DNA of 64,000 nucleotides from contig OZ316894.1 of NCBI GenBank assembly GCA_973895155.1, positions 16,662,216 to 16,726,215 on the forward strand. Reading direction: 5' to 3'. Of the stretch, positions 1 through 13,570 are shown one piece after another. Origin of the DNA: Marsupella aquatica. Its lineage: Eukaryota; Plantae; Marchantiophyta. The stretch's first letter is position 1. The number at the start of each line of letters is the position of its first letter. The position numbers and the translations under genes are program-made. The notes beneath the pieces are model-generated. The model did not search any database and was not told the DNA's origin. It saw nothing but the letters and a program-made list of their open reading frames with translations.

Positions 1-186
1 TGGGTATTTTTAAATGTGCCTTGGAAGGTTTCACAGTCCAAGCTGAGAGCCCATGTGATTGAAATCAGGAAGTCCTGAGCAAATTTTTTTAACTTCGCCA
101 GAGGTTCAAAATATATAAGATAAGCGATGTATACTAAGCTGCAATTTACGGTAATAGTTCGCTGTTGTTATAGCACAGATTACCAG

Positions 187-303
187 AGGTTGCATTACCA
201 GAGGTAGATTGATACGTAGAAAATAAAACAGGTTGACAGTTCCCAGGTTGCATTACCAGAGGTAGATTTATACCAAGAAAATAAACAAGGTGACAGTTCC
301 CAG
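187..303. repeat. 58-bp-period tandem duplication
   Basis: AGGTTGCATTACCAGAGGTAGATT..AGAAAATAAA..TGACAGTTCCCAG occurs twice. Confidence 0.85.
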
Positions 304-2321
304 AAGCAGAAGGTGTAATGAGGCTGTCCCCTGAGACTTCGTCAGCTCTGAGTTACAGGTTGAGACGATAGCTGAGAATTACCTGTCCAGCTGTTACGTC
401 TTCTCCAAGGTCACGACAAGGCGAACGTGATGTGGTCAAGAGTGAAGCCCAATAAACCACTTTTTGCAGGATTCGTCTAATGTTTTGGAAGGACTTTATG
501 TCCAACGAGTATCTTCATGTGAAACCTGTTATCTTTGTAATTTTCATTTCGCTGCGCACAATCAAAAAAAACATCATGCCTTCATTTATATTGGGTTGAA
601 GCTGGAATGTTCGTGTTTTTTTTAATTTAAAAAAATTCCAGGTTACTGTGTGCAAACCCTGCAGATGGGGAGAACCAGCAGGCCAGAGAGGCATGTCACA
701 GGAAAAGACCGGCAAGGCTACAAAGAAAGGCCAGTGACCTCTGATAAACCGAGCAGAACCGCCAACACAGTCAATGTCAAAATATATCTGACATCACTCA
801 CCAATCAACCATAAGTCCTCACCTGTCAATAAAGTGCCCACTCTTCACAACTATAAATCCTCACCCTCCAACAAAGTGCTCACTCTATACAGTAGCCTTC
901 TTCACATAAAACAGGGTCCAACCTAGCTAATGTTGTCAACTAGCGCTGCTAGGTAGTTGGACACTTGCACAAGGAAACATACATGTCAAGATCATCAAAT
1001 ACTCTATTCCAATCATATGAAGCATGTGATGCCAGTGGCTCAGCAAAACAGAACAAAGGCGAGTCAGTCATGACGACAGCATGACTGAAGGATTGACAAA
1101 GTGTTGACAGATAAATAGTGGGAAACTTTGCCTGATGGGAACAGTATATAACTTGCACAGGTTCCAAAAGATGTTGCACATTTTTGGAGATGGAGACAGG
1201 AAGACAATCGAGGTACAAATTATGCATACGGGACGTTTCCAAGGTATTCCAAATCGAGTAGGCACAGACAATGTGGGCTGCAGCAAGGTCTGGACTATTG
1301 GGCTCCAATTGCTGCCAAGTACTTTTAACTAAAACTGGATATTGAATCCCATATTTGTTTTGTAGCTTGAGACTGAAAAACTATCCACCCATCACGTACA
1401 AGGCTACATCTACTTTGGCTACCCTATACTACTTTGGTGTAAAGTAGTATAGGGTAGCCAGGGATCCACAAGAAGGGACCCTACCAATAGTTTAACAGGT
1501 CCTCAAGTGGGTAAACAATGGGCCAAGGCAGCCATTTTTTAATCTTATTTGCGGAAAGGAGTGGGAGTCGCAACTTCACCCCTTCCCTGGAAATCTTTCC
1601 GTATACATGTAATCCTTTTGATTCCCCTACATTTAAGGAGAACCGCTAGATTTGACAACTAACCCTTTTAGCCAGATAAGGATTTTGGCAAATGGATGAA
1701 GTAGTCTCAGTTTTCTTCTTTTGCTTTTACTCCATTCTACTTTGTTTGGCCCCATTTTTCTAACTTTGTACTTTTTTCCTTTTCAGCTTTACCTACATTG
1801 CCAGTAAAAATGTTTCAACTTACAATACCGTCTCTATTTTATTGTATATGAAATATGTCAGGTTTTCATACATGGTTACCTTTGTTACATTGGTGAACTT
1901 GTCGTTCAGGCATGAAACCTTGATAGATTTGTAAATATAGAAAAACTATAGCAAAAGTGTCAATTGGAACATCTTTAGTAACAAAAGTACTTAAAAGTTG
2001 TTTTCCTTTTTGGCATCGAGTCAAGGGGCAACACCTTCCAATTAAACATTAGACATAAATTCTCGTAGAAAAGAATGGCTGGGCTGAGGAAACAAGAAAA
2101 CCCAAATTCTAGATTGCCAATCTGACATCTGGAAAATATTCCTAGGAAGCATAATCTGCCCAGAGCCTCTCTATACACTGATTGGACTCGATTTCGTCAG
2201 ACCCTCGTTGACTGATTGGCAATAACAGCACCAGCCAGCAGAAGAACAACAGCACAGAGCAGCGAACAGGTTTTGGAGGAATTTCATAGAATCGTAGTAG
2301 TAGTGGATTCATAGAGCATTA

Positions 2322-5300
2322 ATGGCCGCTGTCCTGGCATGCCGAAGAATGCTTCCTCTCACCACTTCCCCACCTGCTCCTCTGTTTCCATCAGCAGCTT
2401 CGTCATCCCAGAATTCCCCCTCTGAACCGCCAGCAGCATCTCAGCGCTCATCATCATCCTCGGCAGCAGCAGCAGCAGCGAAGGCAGCACGAGTCCATGA
2501 CGCGAGACAGATCCGGATCTCATGGCGCTCCATCTCCTCCTCCTCCTTCTCTTCATCCTCCCGCGTTTTCTCCCCCAGCTCTGCTCTTCAGATCCCTACT
2601 CACCCACCTCTATCACTCCTCCGTGTACCATCATCACCGTCACTCCTTTGTCAAGGACTCCAATTATCAGTGGGCCATACTGTGGTCGCTGAAGCACGAG
2701 CCAGAGGAGCAGCCAGGCAGGTACAATCCTGAGACAGAGAGAGAGACAGACAGAGCACCAATTGGATTCAGTCAGATGCAGTAGACTTACTGGCAGTCTT
2801 TGGCCTACCGTAGAAGAGTTGTTTGACTAATGAGACTTTGCGTGTGGCGGGATTCGTTTTGGAGACGAGGATGACAGCGCGGAGTTTCTCGCGAGGTGTT
2901 TCCCTAGTTAAGTCTGGTCCGTGAAATTGGAGAAATGTAGATGATGAGCACTCAAATCTTTGTCTGGTTGTTGTCTTTTCCTGGATTATGGAAGTCCCTG
3001 CACGGCACGAAGTTTAAATTTGCTTAGAGGGGTTTGCGTGACTGGTTGGTCTCCGGACTCTGCTTCTTCTAGATTTCTGGGAAGGGAGACGGTATTGAAC
3101 GTCCACCTCTGTCCTCTCAGCATCTGTTTCTCCGGCCCAGTGAGTGATTCCGTTGGGTTTGTATCCATAGTGGGGTTGGGATGCTTAAATTCTCGAGACC
3201 TAAATTGGTGGTCACTTCAATATATTTTCTGTAAAGTATGAAGAGAATCAGATGAGCTATTCGCTTTTGGGGTTTGGTCGGAGGTTCTGTTTTCCTGGAA
3301 GCTGAATTATGAATTTGCCTTTCTCTTTAAACCACGTAATGAAGTGAACGCTTGGTCAATTTGATGACGTGTTTGCGTCCATTGTACTAGAATTTTCGGA
3401 TGCTGCATTGTCCTGGAAAGCTGATCCGCAATCTCTTTTGTACCCACATCGTCCGGGAAAAGTTGAAAGCTTTGCTGATGGAGAAATGCTTCTCGGTACG
3501 TGTGATTTCAGCTGTGGAAAACCCACACGATAGCTTCGAATCCTGCGCGGTCATTCGGGAGTGTTTTTTCCCAACCTCAGCCCCCACAAAAAAGTGAGCC
3601 ATTTGGCTTCATGGCCACCGGCGGTAGTGCAGAGAGTGGTGGTTTTGCGACATCATCCGTTTTGATGGAGACGGTAAATTCTAGAGGGGCTGAGAGTACC
3701 AGAGGTGAACAGAGAAGCTACATATCTCGTTTATTTGAAGCTTTCCTCTAAATTCCGCAAATTCGGGAATGGATAAATGTTTTAGAGAATGAATGACAGT
3801 TAGCCTTCGGAAGTTCTTGAAGTATTTCACTGGAGACAACAATTCGTACATTACTTTCGTTCACTTTTGAGTACTGTAGCTTGTACGGCAGTGAAGCATA
3901 ACTGTCTGCCAGCTTCACTTTCGTGGCTGGTACTCGAATGTGTTTTTACAGGGCTCATTGTTTTCTTTCTCACATTCGTTCAAAGCAACATTGACTGTGT
4001 CAACCGTTGTTGTAGCCACCATTTGAGCATGTAGATGTGGTGAGCAGGATTGCGGTTGATGATCGCTGTCGGTTATCAGATGATGACTTTGAGCTTCTTG
4101 CAGGAGATCCTCAGAAACTCGTTACTTTTGAGTCGAAGGATGGACAGATCGCAGTTGGGGTGATTCGGGGCGACGCCCTCTGGTAAAGGAAATCTGAAGT
4201 CACTGAAATTCGAGCTGATCTGTTTTTGCAACTGTTTATAATTGTTTGCAGATCTGGTCAAATTTTACTCTACTGCATTGCTTTTCTATTTCCATTTTGA
4301 ATGACTATTGTTCTTGACTCAGGTCTTTGCAGGATGTATGTAAGTCGCCAGATGGCAAACCCCTGCCGCAAGTTGGCGACATGGAATCCGTTATAAAAAA
4401 CTGGACTGACTTAAAAGACAGGTGCTTTGTTCGTAGACTCTGAACGGGTATCTGTTTGCTATGATGTCTTTGTTTGATCCTCACTCACTTTGTACAATAA
4501 GCTTTCTGACGAGTGACTCAGTTTTCTCAGTGTCTATCGTTCTCTGTTGCGTGCCAGATTGATTGTGGAGGGAAGCGGTACCAAGTTATCCGAAGTGAAG
4601 CTCTTAGCTCCTATACCGAGGCCTGCCGGTGTAATCATGTGCATCGGAAAGAACTACCTCGATCATGTTAAGGAAGTAGATACATGGAAGACATCTCCTA
4701 ACATAACAGTACCAGAAGCTCCTAAGGTAAATCCTCTGGGTACAAAGAGCACTTTAATTGCTGGGAGTAACCAGATTAGGGCATTTTCTAGGGTATGGTT
4801 TACCTTTCACGGGAGCATTGACGGAATGCTGTCCATGGCAGCACCCAATCGTTTTCACCAAGGCGCCCCAGTCAGTTATTGGCCCTGGAGCTGCCATCAA
4901 ATATCCGCATGGCGTCTCTTCAGCAGTGGACTACGAGGCAGGTGAATGAGCGCAACTGCCTAATTTCAATTTTCGTCGCTGTCATCTGATACTTGCACAA
5001 GGACATTGATCTCAATAATCTAAAAGGACCTCTTACATTCTAGCATGTCTGATTCGTTCTCCATTGATCCTTGGCTTGTGCCGGACTATGAGTGGAAAAC
5101 GTGTAGATGAACGGACCATTACTTCTTCGGGCACGTCCTGGCGAGGTTGGAAAGCTTGTGATAGAAGTCATGAAAATATGCTTGCCTCACAGCTGTGAAC
5201 TGTGAGGAGATGATGTAGAGAGCCCTTAGTTCTCACAGTTTACGGGATGATAGTAGTCCTGGATTCGTGTACTGGAGGATAGCTAACAATTCAGAAACAG

Positions 5301-6808
5301 GAACGAGTCGGCAGTAAGTTGTTTCCTCTTGAAGGTAGTATAGGTGACATTGAGAGTTGCGACGGAGAGGAGAAGACAAGTGCAATAGGCAAGTCTGACT
5401 GGTGATTGTTTTCTCGCTGCAGAGCTCGGAGTAATTATTGGAAAGCGTGGTCAGAGCATTAAGAGAGAAGATGCAATGTCCCACATCTTCGGGTTAGTGT
5501 TTAGTTGTAGATTCCTCCACTCGTCTTCGCATCTTAGCGTCCGAATTATGTTCACAATGTCATTGATTTGTTTATTATCTCGGTAGTATGTGTAAGCTCT
5601 ATAGTCACAAACTGAAAAAATGCTTGAGGTTGTTGTTACTGCTGGTTACATAGGCTAACTTTTTGTCTTAGAGCAGGTACACCATTATAAACGATGTAAC
5701 AGCCAGGGACGCGCAAAAACGTCACCACCAGGCAGGTGACTCTCAACTCGCCCAGCATTGCAATATTGGCAGATGACTTGCTATAGTCCTGTTCTGCAAC
5801 CATTCCAAATCCCTAGCCTTGACAAACTACAAGTAATCACTAGAATTATACTGAATTCGATTAGAGCAACGGGAGGCACATACAGACCACTGCTGTGTGA
5901 GATCGACGTTCCTTTACGGCACAATATTTCCCTAACTCATACTGGTCATGTTCTCTAATGTTGCTTAATGTACACTTGCTGAATCAATGTGTTTGTTATG
6001 TCTAAGAATACTAATTCTCGTGGCATCTATATGGTGCATTCCTTTTATGCAGTGGTTTCTCGGTAAGAGTTGTGACACGTTCTGTCCCATGGGTCCCGCG
6101 ATTGTACCAGCCTCTGAAATCGATGGAAACGACCTTCACATCCAGTGTTGGATAAACGATGAGTTGCGCCAGGTATTTTATGGTCTCGTTTATCTCACTA
6201 TTAGCAAATTTCCTGCAATGTTGCCGCTTCTCGTACTCAGCTGACGAGAGCTCTGTGCATGCTTTGGGCTCACTCATATACCGTTTGGGATGGGAATGCT
6301 TAGGATGGACGGACTTCACAGATGCTTTTTGGGATACCAAAGTTAATTGAAGTTATTTCAGCTGCTATTACTCTTCAACCTGGCGACATCATAGCAACCG
6401 GAACTCCAGCTGGTGAGCTTGCGATACTGATATCCTACATCCTCTCCTGCAGCACATGATCTCTCCCTTCAGCAGTTCTGGTTCAAAACACAGCTTCATC
6501 CTCTGCTTTGCACTAGGAATCGTATGAGTGAATCGTGTGTCTCACTAATTTCTCTCTCTGAATCTTTCTTCCTGGATTATGTGATGTGTCCCAGGAGAGA
6601 TGAGGAAAGCCTTTTAAGCATTGCAAGGAAGAAGTACTAAAGAAGTCTTTCAGGGTCGTCCTTTGGTTTTGGTTCTTAATTGGCTGAGGTTACTTTTGTG
6701 ATTGCAGGTGTTGGGTCTGGGTTTAATCCTCCCCGTCATCTTACTCCTGGAGATAAAATCAGGATCCATATTGAAGGAATAGGAGAGTTGTGTAACGTCG
6801 TGGAATGA
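2322..6808 (+). CDS. Fumarylacetoacetate hydrolase (FAH) superfamily protein, FAHD2/YisK-like, with Ser/Ala-rich putative organellar transit peptide; 12 exons, ~468 aa
   Basis: Phase-consistent exons: 2322-2720, 3581-3673, 4016-4039, 4115-4182, 4323-4421, 4558-4726, 4842-4941, 5423-5492, 5677-5731, 6053-6172, 6304-6412, 6708-6808. FAH motifs: [80 protein letters not shown]. Exons 1-3 are less certain than the catalytic exons. Confidence 0.9.
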
Positions 6809-9053
6809 TAACTTATGTTGCAACCAGAGACAATTAATTTCAAAACTGATGGATTTAGTCCTGAAATATTTGTTTTTGGCTCTTGAAGAGTACACGGATC
6901 ATTGAGCTCAGCTAGGCTGAACTTAATGTGTCAGTGAAATCAATTTATTAATCTGAAATCTGAGCATTTTTTTTGTCTACCCGAAACTTTAAATTGATGG
7001 AATGCTTGATGGTAACAGTCAGCTGCAGTAAAATGGAGCAAAGAAATGAGGAGGGGAAATGAGAACTGTGAGCGAACGGAATATGTGGATTGAGCTGCAA
7101 TGACGGCGGAATGTACCGAGATGGAAGGGATTTAGAGTGGCAGGATAGCAGGTCAAGCTAAGCAAGATTTTAAGTATTACCTTAGTGTATCTTCGTTGTA
7201 GTAATCATCACTTCCTGGATCTGATGGCCCAAAATCATTTTGCCTCGACAACATTTTCTTGGATGAATTCTCCGCTACCAAGATCATGAACTGGGAATAC
7301 TTTTGGTGATGTCCTCCCATCCCGTTTCTGGCAACCTCGAATTACTGTCGTCTCCATTAAATTGTGAGTCGAGGTGTGAATCAGCGTTGAAGCTAACATG
7401 CCATGAATGCAACCACTTTTAGGCTTTCATGATCATCAAAAAGAAGCTAGAACAGGAGGCTGACTAGGATTGTGCTGACGTCAATTTTGTGTGGCAACGA
7501 CATCAAGGATTAACTAGCGAATCTAAGATCGTGATGCATATCGCCATAGAATTGTTTTTCGTTAGAAAACACAACGACGAAATGTACCTTCACTCTAGGA
7601 ACTGGTCGATTTCGACATCTCAGGATTCTTATCCTGTTAGATAATGATAAGGATTTCACAGAAACACGGATCAATCACGGGTGTAAAGAGTGCCCCAATT
7701 CACAATACTGAAAGCTCTGTTCAAATGCTTTCTCAATTATTTCCCCTTCTGCTACAACTTGATAGGCACCGGAGGATTCCAAACCCCAACCTCCGGGAGA
7801 TCACATTTTCTAGAGATTGGTTGTTTCCAGTCCATTCCAGTGAACTTCACCATATGAATCATTTGCCTCATGCACTCCCTCATTGGGTACCTACGAAGAG
7901 CAGTCTGTTTTACAACTGAGCCTTGTAACTTTGCAAACTTCTAGACAATCAGGCTTGTAACTGAAACATAATCTTTCTTTTTTCTTTTTAACAATTTTTT
8001 TTTTTTAAGGAGAAATCTGTGAAACCCCACAGAAAGGGAAGAGTCAACCACAATAGTTGGGAAGTGTCGGCCACAACAGTTGAATCCAAGACCTATCAGT
8101 CTCAATTCAAGTGAGCTACCACAAAGTCATGCCTCTCTGGGCATTTGAAACACAATCTTGTATATTCTAAGAAGCCGAATGATGGTACCTTGCAGAGCAT
8201 TGTCCATAATAAGTGATGTTGAGTGGAAGTGATGCCAATCATAAGTGAGATAGTCAGGCAGTTCATTGTCCATAATAAGTGATGTTAAGTGGAAGTGTTG
8301 TCCAGATTTTGGTGACAAAGGGTCAAGGGGGTTGGTAGGAGGCTTGAGGGGGTTTGAGTACACCCCTTGGTTGCTCTTCCAAAATCCTCACCGGGCCTGT
8401 ACAAGGGTCACAGAATATTCTAAAAAACTAGAGAGCTATTTTCTGTCTGTTCATCAAAGATTCTGTCCGGCAGACAATAACTTTTTTTGTTCATCTTCGG
8501 CAAGGTGGTAGCCACTGGAGTTAGCAATGTGGTGCGCCAATCAAATTGTTTTTCCGACAATAGGTGATGCTTTGCTTTTTGGTTATTCCCCGAGGTGGTG
8601 AGTAAGTTTTCCAAAAAATTTCATTGGATTTTGGTTGATTTTGGTTTTCAGCATTGGATAGTTAGGCTCGTGTACTACGCGGAGGCCAATCTAATTTTCT
8701 TTTAAAGCCAACTTTGGTAAAGCCCCTTAACCCAGAAAATTATTTTAAATATATTTTATGAACTTAGGTCCAAGGTCCAAGTATTTTCTGGAGTAATTTT
8801 ATACTTGGACCTTGGACTTTGGACTTTTGACCTTGGACCTTCGACTTTGCTTCAAGGGAATTTGGCATTGTCCAACGTGCATTTTCTCCTAAGTTTCTCC
8901 TAACTGACTTAACTGAACTTACAACTGCATACTTACATGTTGTAAGTATGTCCACATATGACTTCCCTGATAAATCTTGTATTTCCAACTGAAGCACTAG
9001 TTGGCAATGGCACTCCAGGGTGTATTTTCAAGTTGTGTTGTACTTGTTTAACA

Positions 9054-9251
9054 CTAGCCTGAATGCACATTCTTTGAATTAATTGAAATGATTGCAAAAA
9101 TTATCATGTATGATCATCATTTTGACATACATAATATCACATCCTTCTTTACATTCACATATATTTTGGTGGGGCCCTAGAGTCACGGTCTAGAGGCTTC
9201 ACTCTAGAAGACTAGACAACTCTAGCTTCTCTTCCCCATTAATCATATAGA
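9054..9251 (-). mobile_element. Non-autonomous Helitron-like element, short or internally deleted copy
   Basis: Starts A|CTAGCC..ATTCTTTGAA, shares ATATTTTGGTGGGGCC and TCTAGAGGCTTCACTCTAGA with the other copies, and ends TATAGA|T. The right boundary is approximate. Confidence 0.55.
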
Positions 9252-9677
9252 TCTTAGATGCTTGAAATGATGTGGTTGCTGGAAAAGTAGACAGATAGGA
9301 AGTGAGCCTCTAAAAGGAAAGTTTGAGGAAGAGAAATAATATGACCATCAGCCCTTTTAATTCATTCCATATGACAAATGAGGGCTTTAAAAAATAAAAT
9401 TTGCAAATACCATGGGCAAAAAGTTTAGGGGAAAAGTCAAACTTGAACAATTGACAATGCCATCTAAAACTGCATTAGAAGAACTTTTGACTTTGAACCT
9501 TATATTCAATTCCCCCCAAAGCACAGGTATTTGGGTGTAAAGCACAAGCTACTCCAAAAGGACATTGCATGCAAAAATACACCCCCGAGTGTGCAGCGGG
9601 GCACAGGGGCCAGGTCAACTACCATTGGCACTAAAGGCGGAAGTGTCCAAAACTTCCCCCCTTTTCACATCAGACTA

Positions 9678-10237
9678 CCGTCTTCCCCCGAACACAGCGC
9701 CTGGGCGCTATATTCGAATAGTGAGTCAAGGGGCGTTATATTCGATTAGTGAGCCCTGGGCGTTGTGTTTGAGTTTTGACACTTTGTTTTGGATTTTTGT
9801 AACATGTGGCGTTGTGTTCGAATATTGGCATTGTGTTCTAATATTGGCGTTGTGTTTCAAAATTAACGTTGTGTTTGAATAGTGGCATATAATTATAATG
9901 GTAAGCATATAATTATAATGTGAAACATATTTGCTTTCAGTGCGCTCATTGTCGATAACTTTTTGTTTGCTTTCACAATGTCCTCACTCGGACAACGTAA
10001 TGTCAACTTCGAACACTTCATTGTAACGGAAGACACTACAGCAAACCCCTCATTCAAACATAGTGCCCAAGTTCGAACACAACGTCATCCCCAAACACAA
10101 TGCCAAATTCGAACACAGCGCCCGGGCGCTGTGTAAAAGTGGCATTGTGTTGGAAGAAAACATGCTTTTTTGTATAAGGACAATAAATTTTCAACTTTCG
10201 AACACAACGCCCGGGCGCTGTGTTCGGGGGAAGACGG
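9678..10237. mobile_element. MITE, Tc1/mariner superfamily type (TA target, CCGT...ACGG ends)
   Basis: Near-perfect TIRs of ~40 bp (CCGTCTTCCCCCGAACACAGCGCC / GGCGCTGTGTTCGGGGGAAGACGG), flanked by TA at 9676-77 and 10238-39. Subterminal GGCGTTGTGTTCGAA-like repeats run in opposite orientation in the two halves. No ORF. Confidence 0.85.
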
Positions 10238-13014
10238 TAGTTCCTTCTGCCATGCTAGTCTACTCCATAATTTTCAGGAAAATGATGGTAAATATTGGTA
10301 GCTTTGGTATCATCGGAACTGATGAGTGAGAGTGAGTGAGAGTGGTTGAAGGTATGTGGTCCTTTTAATTAGCTTCGAAAACTGAAAGAATATCCACTCA
10401 TCCATTGTAGACGATCATCTTGAAAGCATGCACCATAGGGTTAGGGTTGCTCCAACTTTAAACAATCTCCCTCAAATGGTAATAAAAAGCTTTTAGGACT
10501 ATTGTATCTAATAAATGGGAAAAGAAATATTTTTAAGGTACCTAAAAGTGTGAAGATTCTCCTCGAAAAGGTCAAATAGATTGTCCCGAAGTGTTTCCCG
10601 CTCAAAAGGATTCACATGTTGAGAAGATAATTAGTCACTCTTTTAGAGTTTGGATGGATTTTTTAGTAACCCCCTTTAAAGCAAGAATAAATTAGATTTT
10701 GAGTGACTTGGTACTTGTGCCTCAATGCTTATTCCTTTATAAAGCGTTGGCAGCCTCACTTCTATCCCCACATGCCGTTTTCTAGTAGACAACTGTTTAG
10801 CTTCTAGACTATTGTGAATCCCTTTCCAAAAAGCTGGTGGGCCTCCCATGTTTTTCTCATAATAACTTAGACTAGCCTCTAAACCATAAACTTAGGAAAC
10901 AGAACTCTAAGCTCTAGTTAACAGGGGAGGGGGTGAAATTATTGTTTCTCACAACTCTTGGATTCCATCACACTCTTGAGAATACTTAGCTTAGGGTCTA
11001 GGAACCTATAATGTATAAAGAAGTAATTTAGTATAGCTTATATATAAGGATAAAACAATATATTTTAACAGGGGGGGTCACTATATGGAGGGCCATACAC
11101 CGCGTGCAATGTTTTAGGGTTTGACCCCCCTAACTTTTAAGTGAAAAATATTTTTTGCAAAGCCTTTTCTTTCTTTAAATTTTGTCATTTTTATTAAAAA
11201 ACCCCTAAAAACTTTAAAGAAAGTATTTTTTGCAATTAAATAGGCCTATGTGTTCTTTAAAGTTGACCAGTCAATAAAACATGCCCTATGTGGTCTTCCA
11301 CCAAACTTTGGAAGTCTTTCGCCACACCCATTTAAATGGGCCTATACTTCGTCGCACGTGATGTGCCACTTCCGTGGAAGTGACCTCCAGAGTTTTAACA
11401 AAGGATGCGCAAGATTGAAAAATAAATATAGAACTAAAGACGGGATCTCAATAGAGAAAATTAAAAACATTAAGATCGAGTGGGGTAAAAATAATTTCAA
11501 AGTCCAAAGATACAAAGGATACACCTTGCATGTCTTAAATAAATCAAAACAAAAACACACATCAAAAATCTTAATAAGACAAAATAATCTTAGTAGGCAT
11601 TCAGACGGGAAATACAAGTTTTTTACAGAAAGGGTCAAACAGAGTACAAAATAACAAACAAATGAGGTCCAAAGCGGGCAAAAACCAAACTCAAAGGAAG
11701 AGAGCAAAGGGAAACCCTAAAAACTGAGAAAGAGAAAAGTACTAAACCAAACTAAACTAACGCAAATGGATCAGCGAGGTCCTCATCAAACGTCGCAAAT
11801 GTGGCAACAGATAATGAATCAAGTGTCAAAACAAAATCGGCAAGTGAGACGGGAATGTCCTTTAGGGGGGCAAGCCGCTCTGGAGTCACACTGGCACCCA
11901 GTGTGACAGATCGATGATAGAAGGCTCGGGCTTGAGCATGCTATAATGTCCCCCGTTAAGGCGGGCAGTTCTTCAAAGATTGCATGCCTTAATGTTGATG
12001 ATGTTCAATTTAATTATGTGCTCGGCTCTAAAAGACTCATAAGGACAAAAGATCTTTCTCTCTATATATCTCTGTCTCTAGAAACCTTTAAAGCTTGGAT
12101 GGGATCACTTACTACTTTTGGCGTGAAAGTAAAGTTTACTTTCTCTAAAACACGTAACCTAGTCAAATTGTCTGTTTTGATATGTCTGACGCAAGCTAAG
12201 GAATCCCAACGAAGCCAGTTATTTAATGTGGAGAACCCGTCTAGCTGAGCTTAGTATAACTCATTGCCCAAGCAAGGTATAATAGTTGCAGAGGATGTTA
12301 AAAGGACCACTGTAGATCAACTACTATAGCATGTTCATTCTATGACTTCCTATTTATGATTTATTTTAAAAGTATATAAAGGCTGTGTTACCATATCATA
12401 TTTATTTTTATTAAAAGGAAATATGAGATAAAGTGATGAAAAGTACTTATAATTTATTGTAAAGTTTCAAGTTGTGAACAAGGGGAGAATCAAGGCACAG
12501 CAGTCTCGAACTGTGTGCGTTTCGGTTAAATTCAAAATGGAAAGAATAACAAAGAGGACAGCCATCACACACCAGAATTTAAATATAAATAATGAACCAA
12601 ATAATGAGCTTAGGAAACTGAAACAGATTTGAGTCCTATAGCAGTTTCATAAACTGTTACAAGGGTAGGAGAACCCTACTGTAGATTAAGCACTCCAATT
12701 TCATACATTAATGAGGTAACTCAACTCATAGTATTGTAGCTAACTTTATCAACAGGGGAAATCCAGCAACTAGTTTGCAAGCCGATAACCCCCAGTCTAT
12801 ATGTTTGCAATTCTCACAATACTACAAGCACATTTGGAGCAAAACACATTTTTGACACAACCAAAGTGGTATGGCACAGAACCCACATTACTGTCGTGCC
12901 ATCCGGATTTGCACAAAAAATGGCTGTTCAAATTTTAGACCCGACTGACAAAATATTATAGAGTGCTGGTGAATCCTGTAAATAATAATATGATGCAAAT
13001 TTTAAGATTCTTGA

Positions 13015-13570
13015 GGGTGGCTTTACAAGACGTTGGGGGCAGTTTCCACAATTTTTTGTGTCCAAGATCTGATCAAGGCCATCCATTTGAGAGAAATTAC
13101 TGTTGTTCACTTTACAAAACCTTGGGGGCACTTGCAACCTAACCTGTTACCAATCCTACATGGAATGCAGTGGGGCCCAATTTTTGTTTATGTGGAGCAC
13201 TCTTTTGTCCTAGATTTTAGACCACCTCTCTTGGTGGTCTCTTCTTCTGGGCGCTTGGTCCATTTCTATTTTAAGTCATTTGTAATAAAAAGGGACTCAC
13301 AAGTCCTTCATAAGATATTCTCTTCTCACATTTAGAAAGACTTTAGCCAAAGATTACGTGACATTCAGGTGGAGTGGGTCCTCAATCTGTCTTTTAGTCA
13401 ATTAATCTGGCACCATTGGCTGCACTTGGCTTTACAAGACCTTGGAGGCAATAAAAGGATTCAAAAAATGCTTTTAGCCCCGGGACACTATATTTAGTGT
13501 GTGCAATGGCCCTCCAGTTTGCTTTGGTAAAAAAAACTCCCAAGTGCCCCCACGTCTTGTAAAGTCCTCC
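13015..13570 (+). mobile_element. Tourist-like (PIF/Harbinger) MITE, copy 1
   Basis: TIRs GGGTGGCTTTACAAGACG / CGTCTTGTAAAGTCCTCC, with TGA on both flanks (3-bp TSD). Homologous along its length to 13938-14494 in reverse orientation. Confidence 0.75.

Noticed and set aside
949-1332. Overlapping short ORFs upstream of the FAH gene
   Set aside because: No recognisable motif or consistent exon chain.
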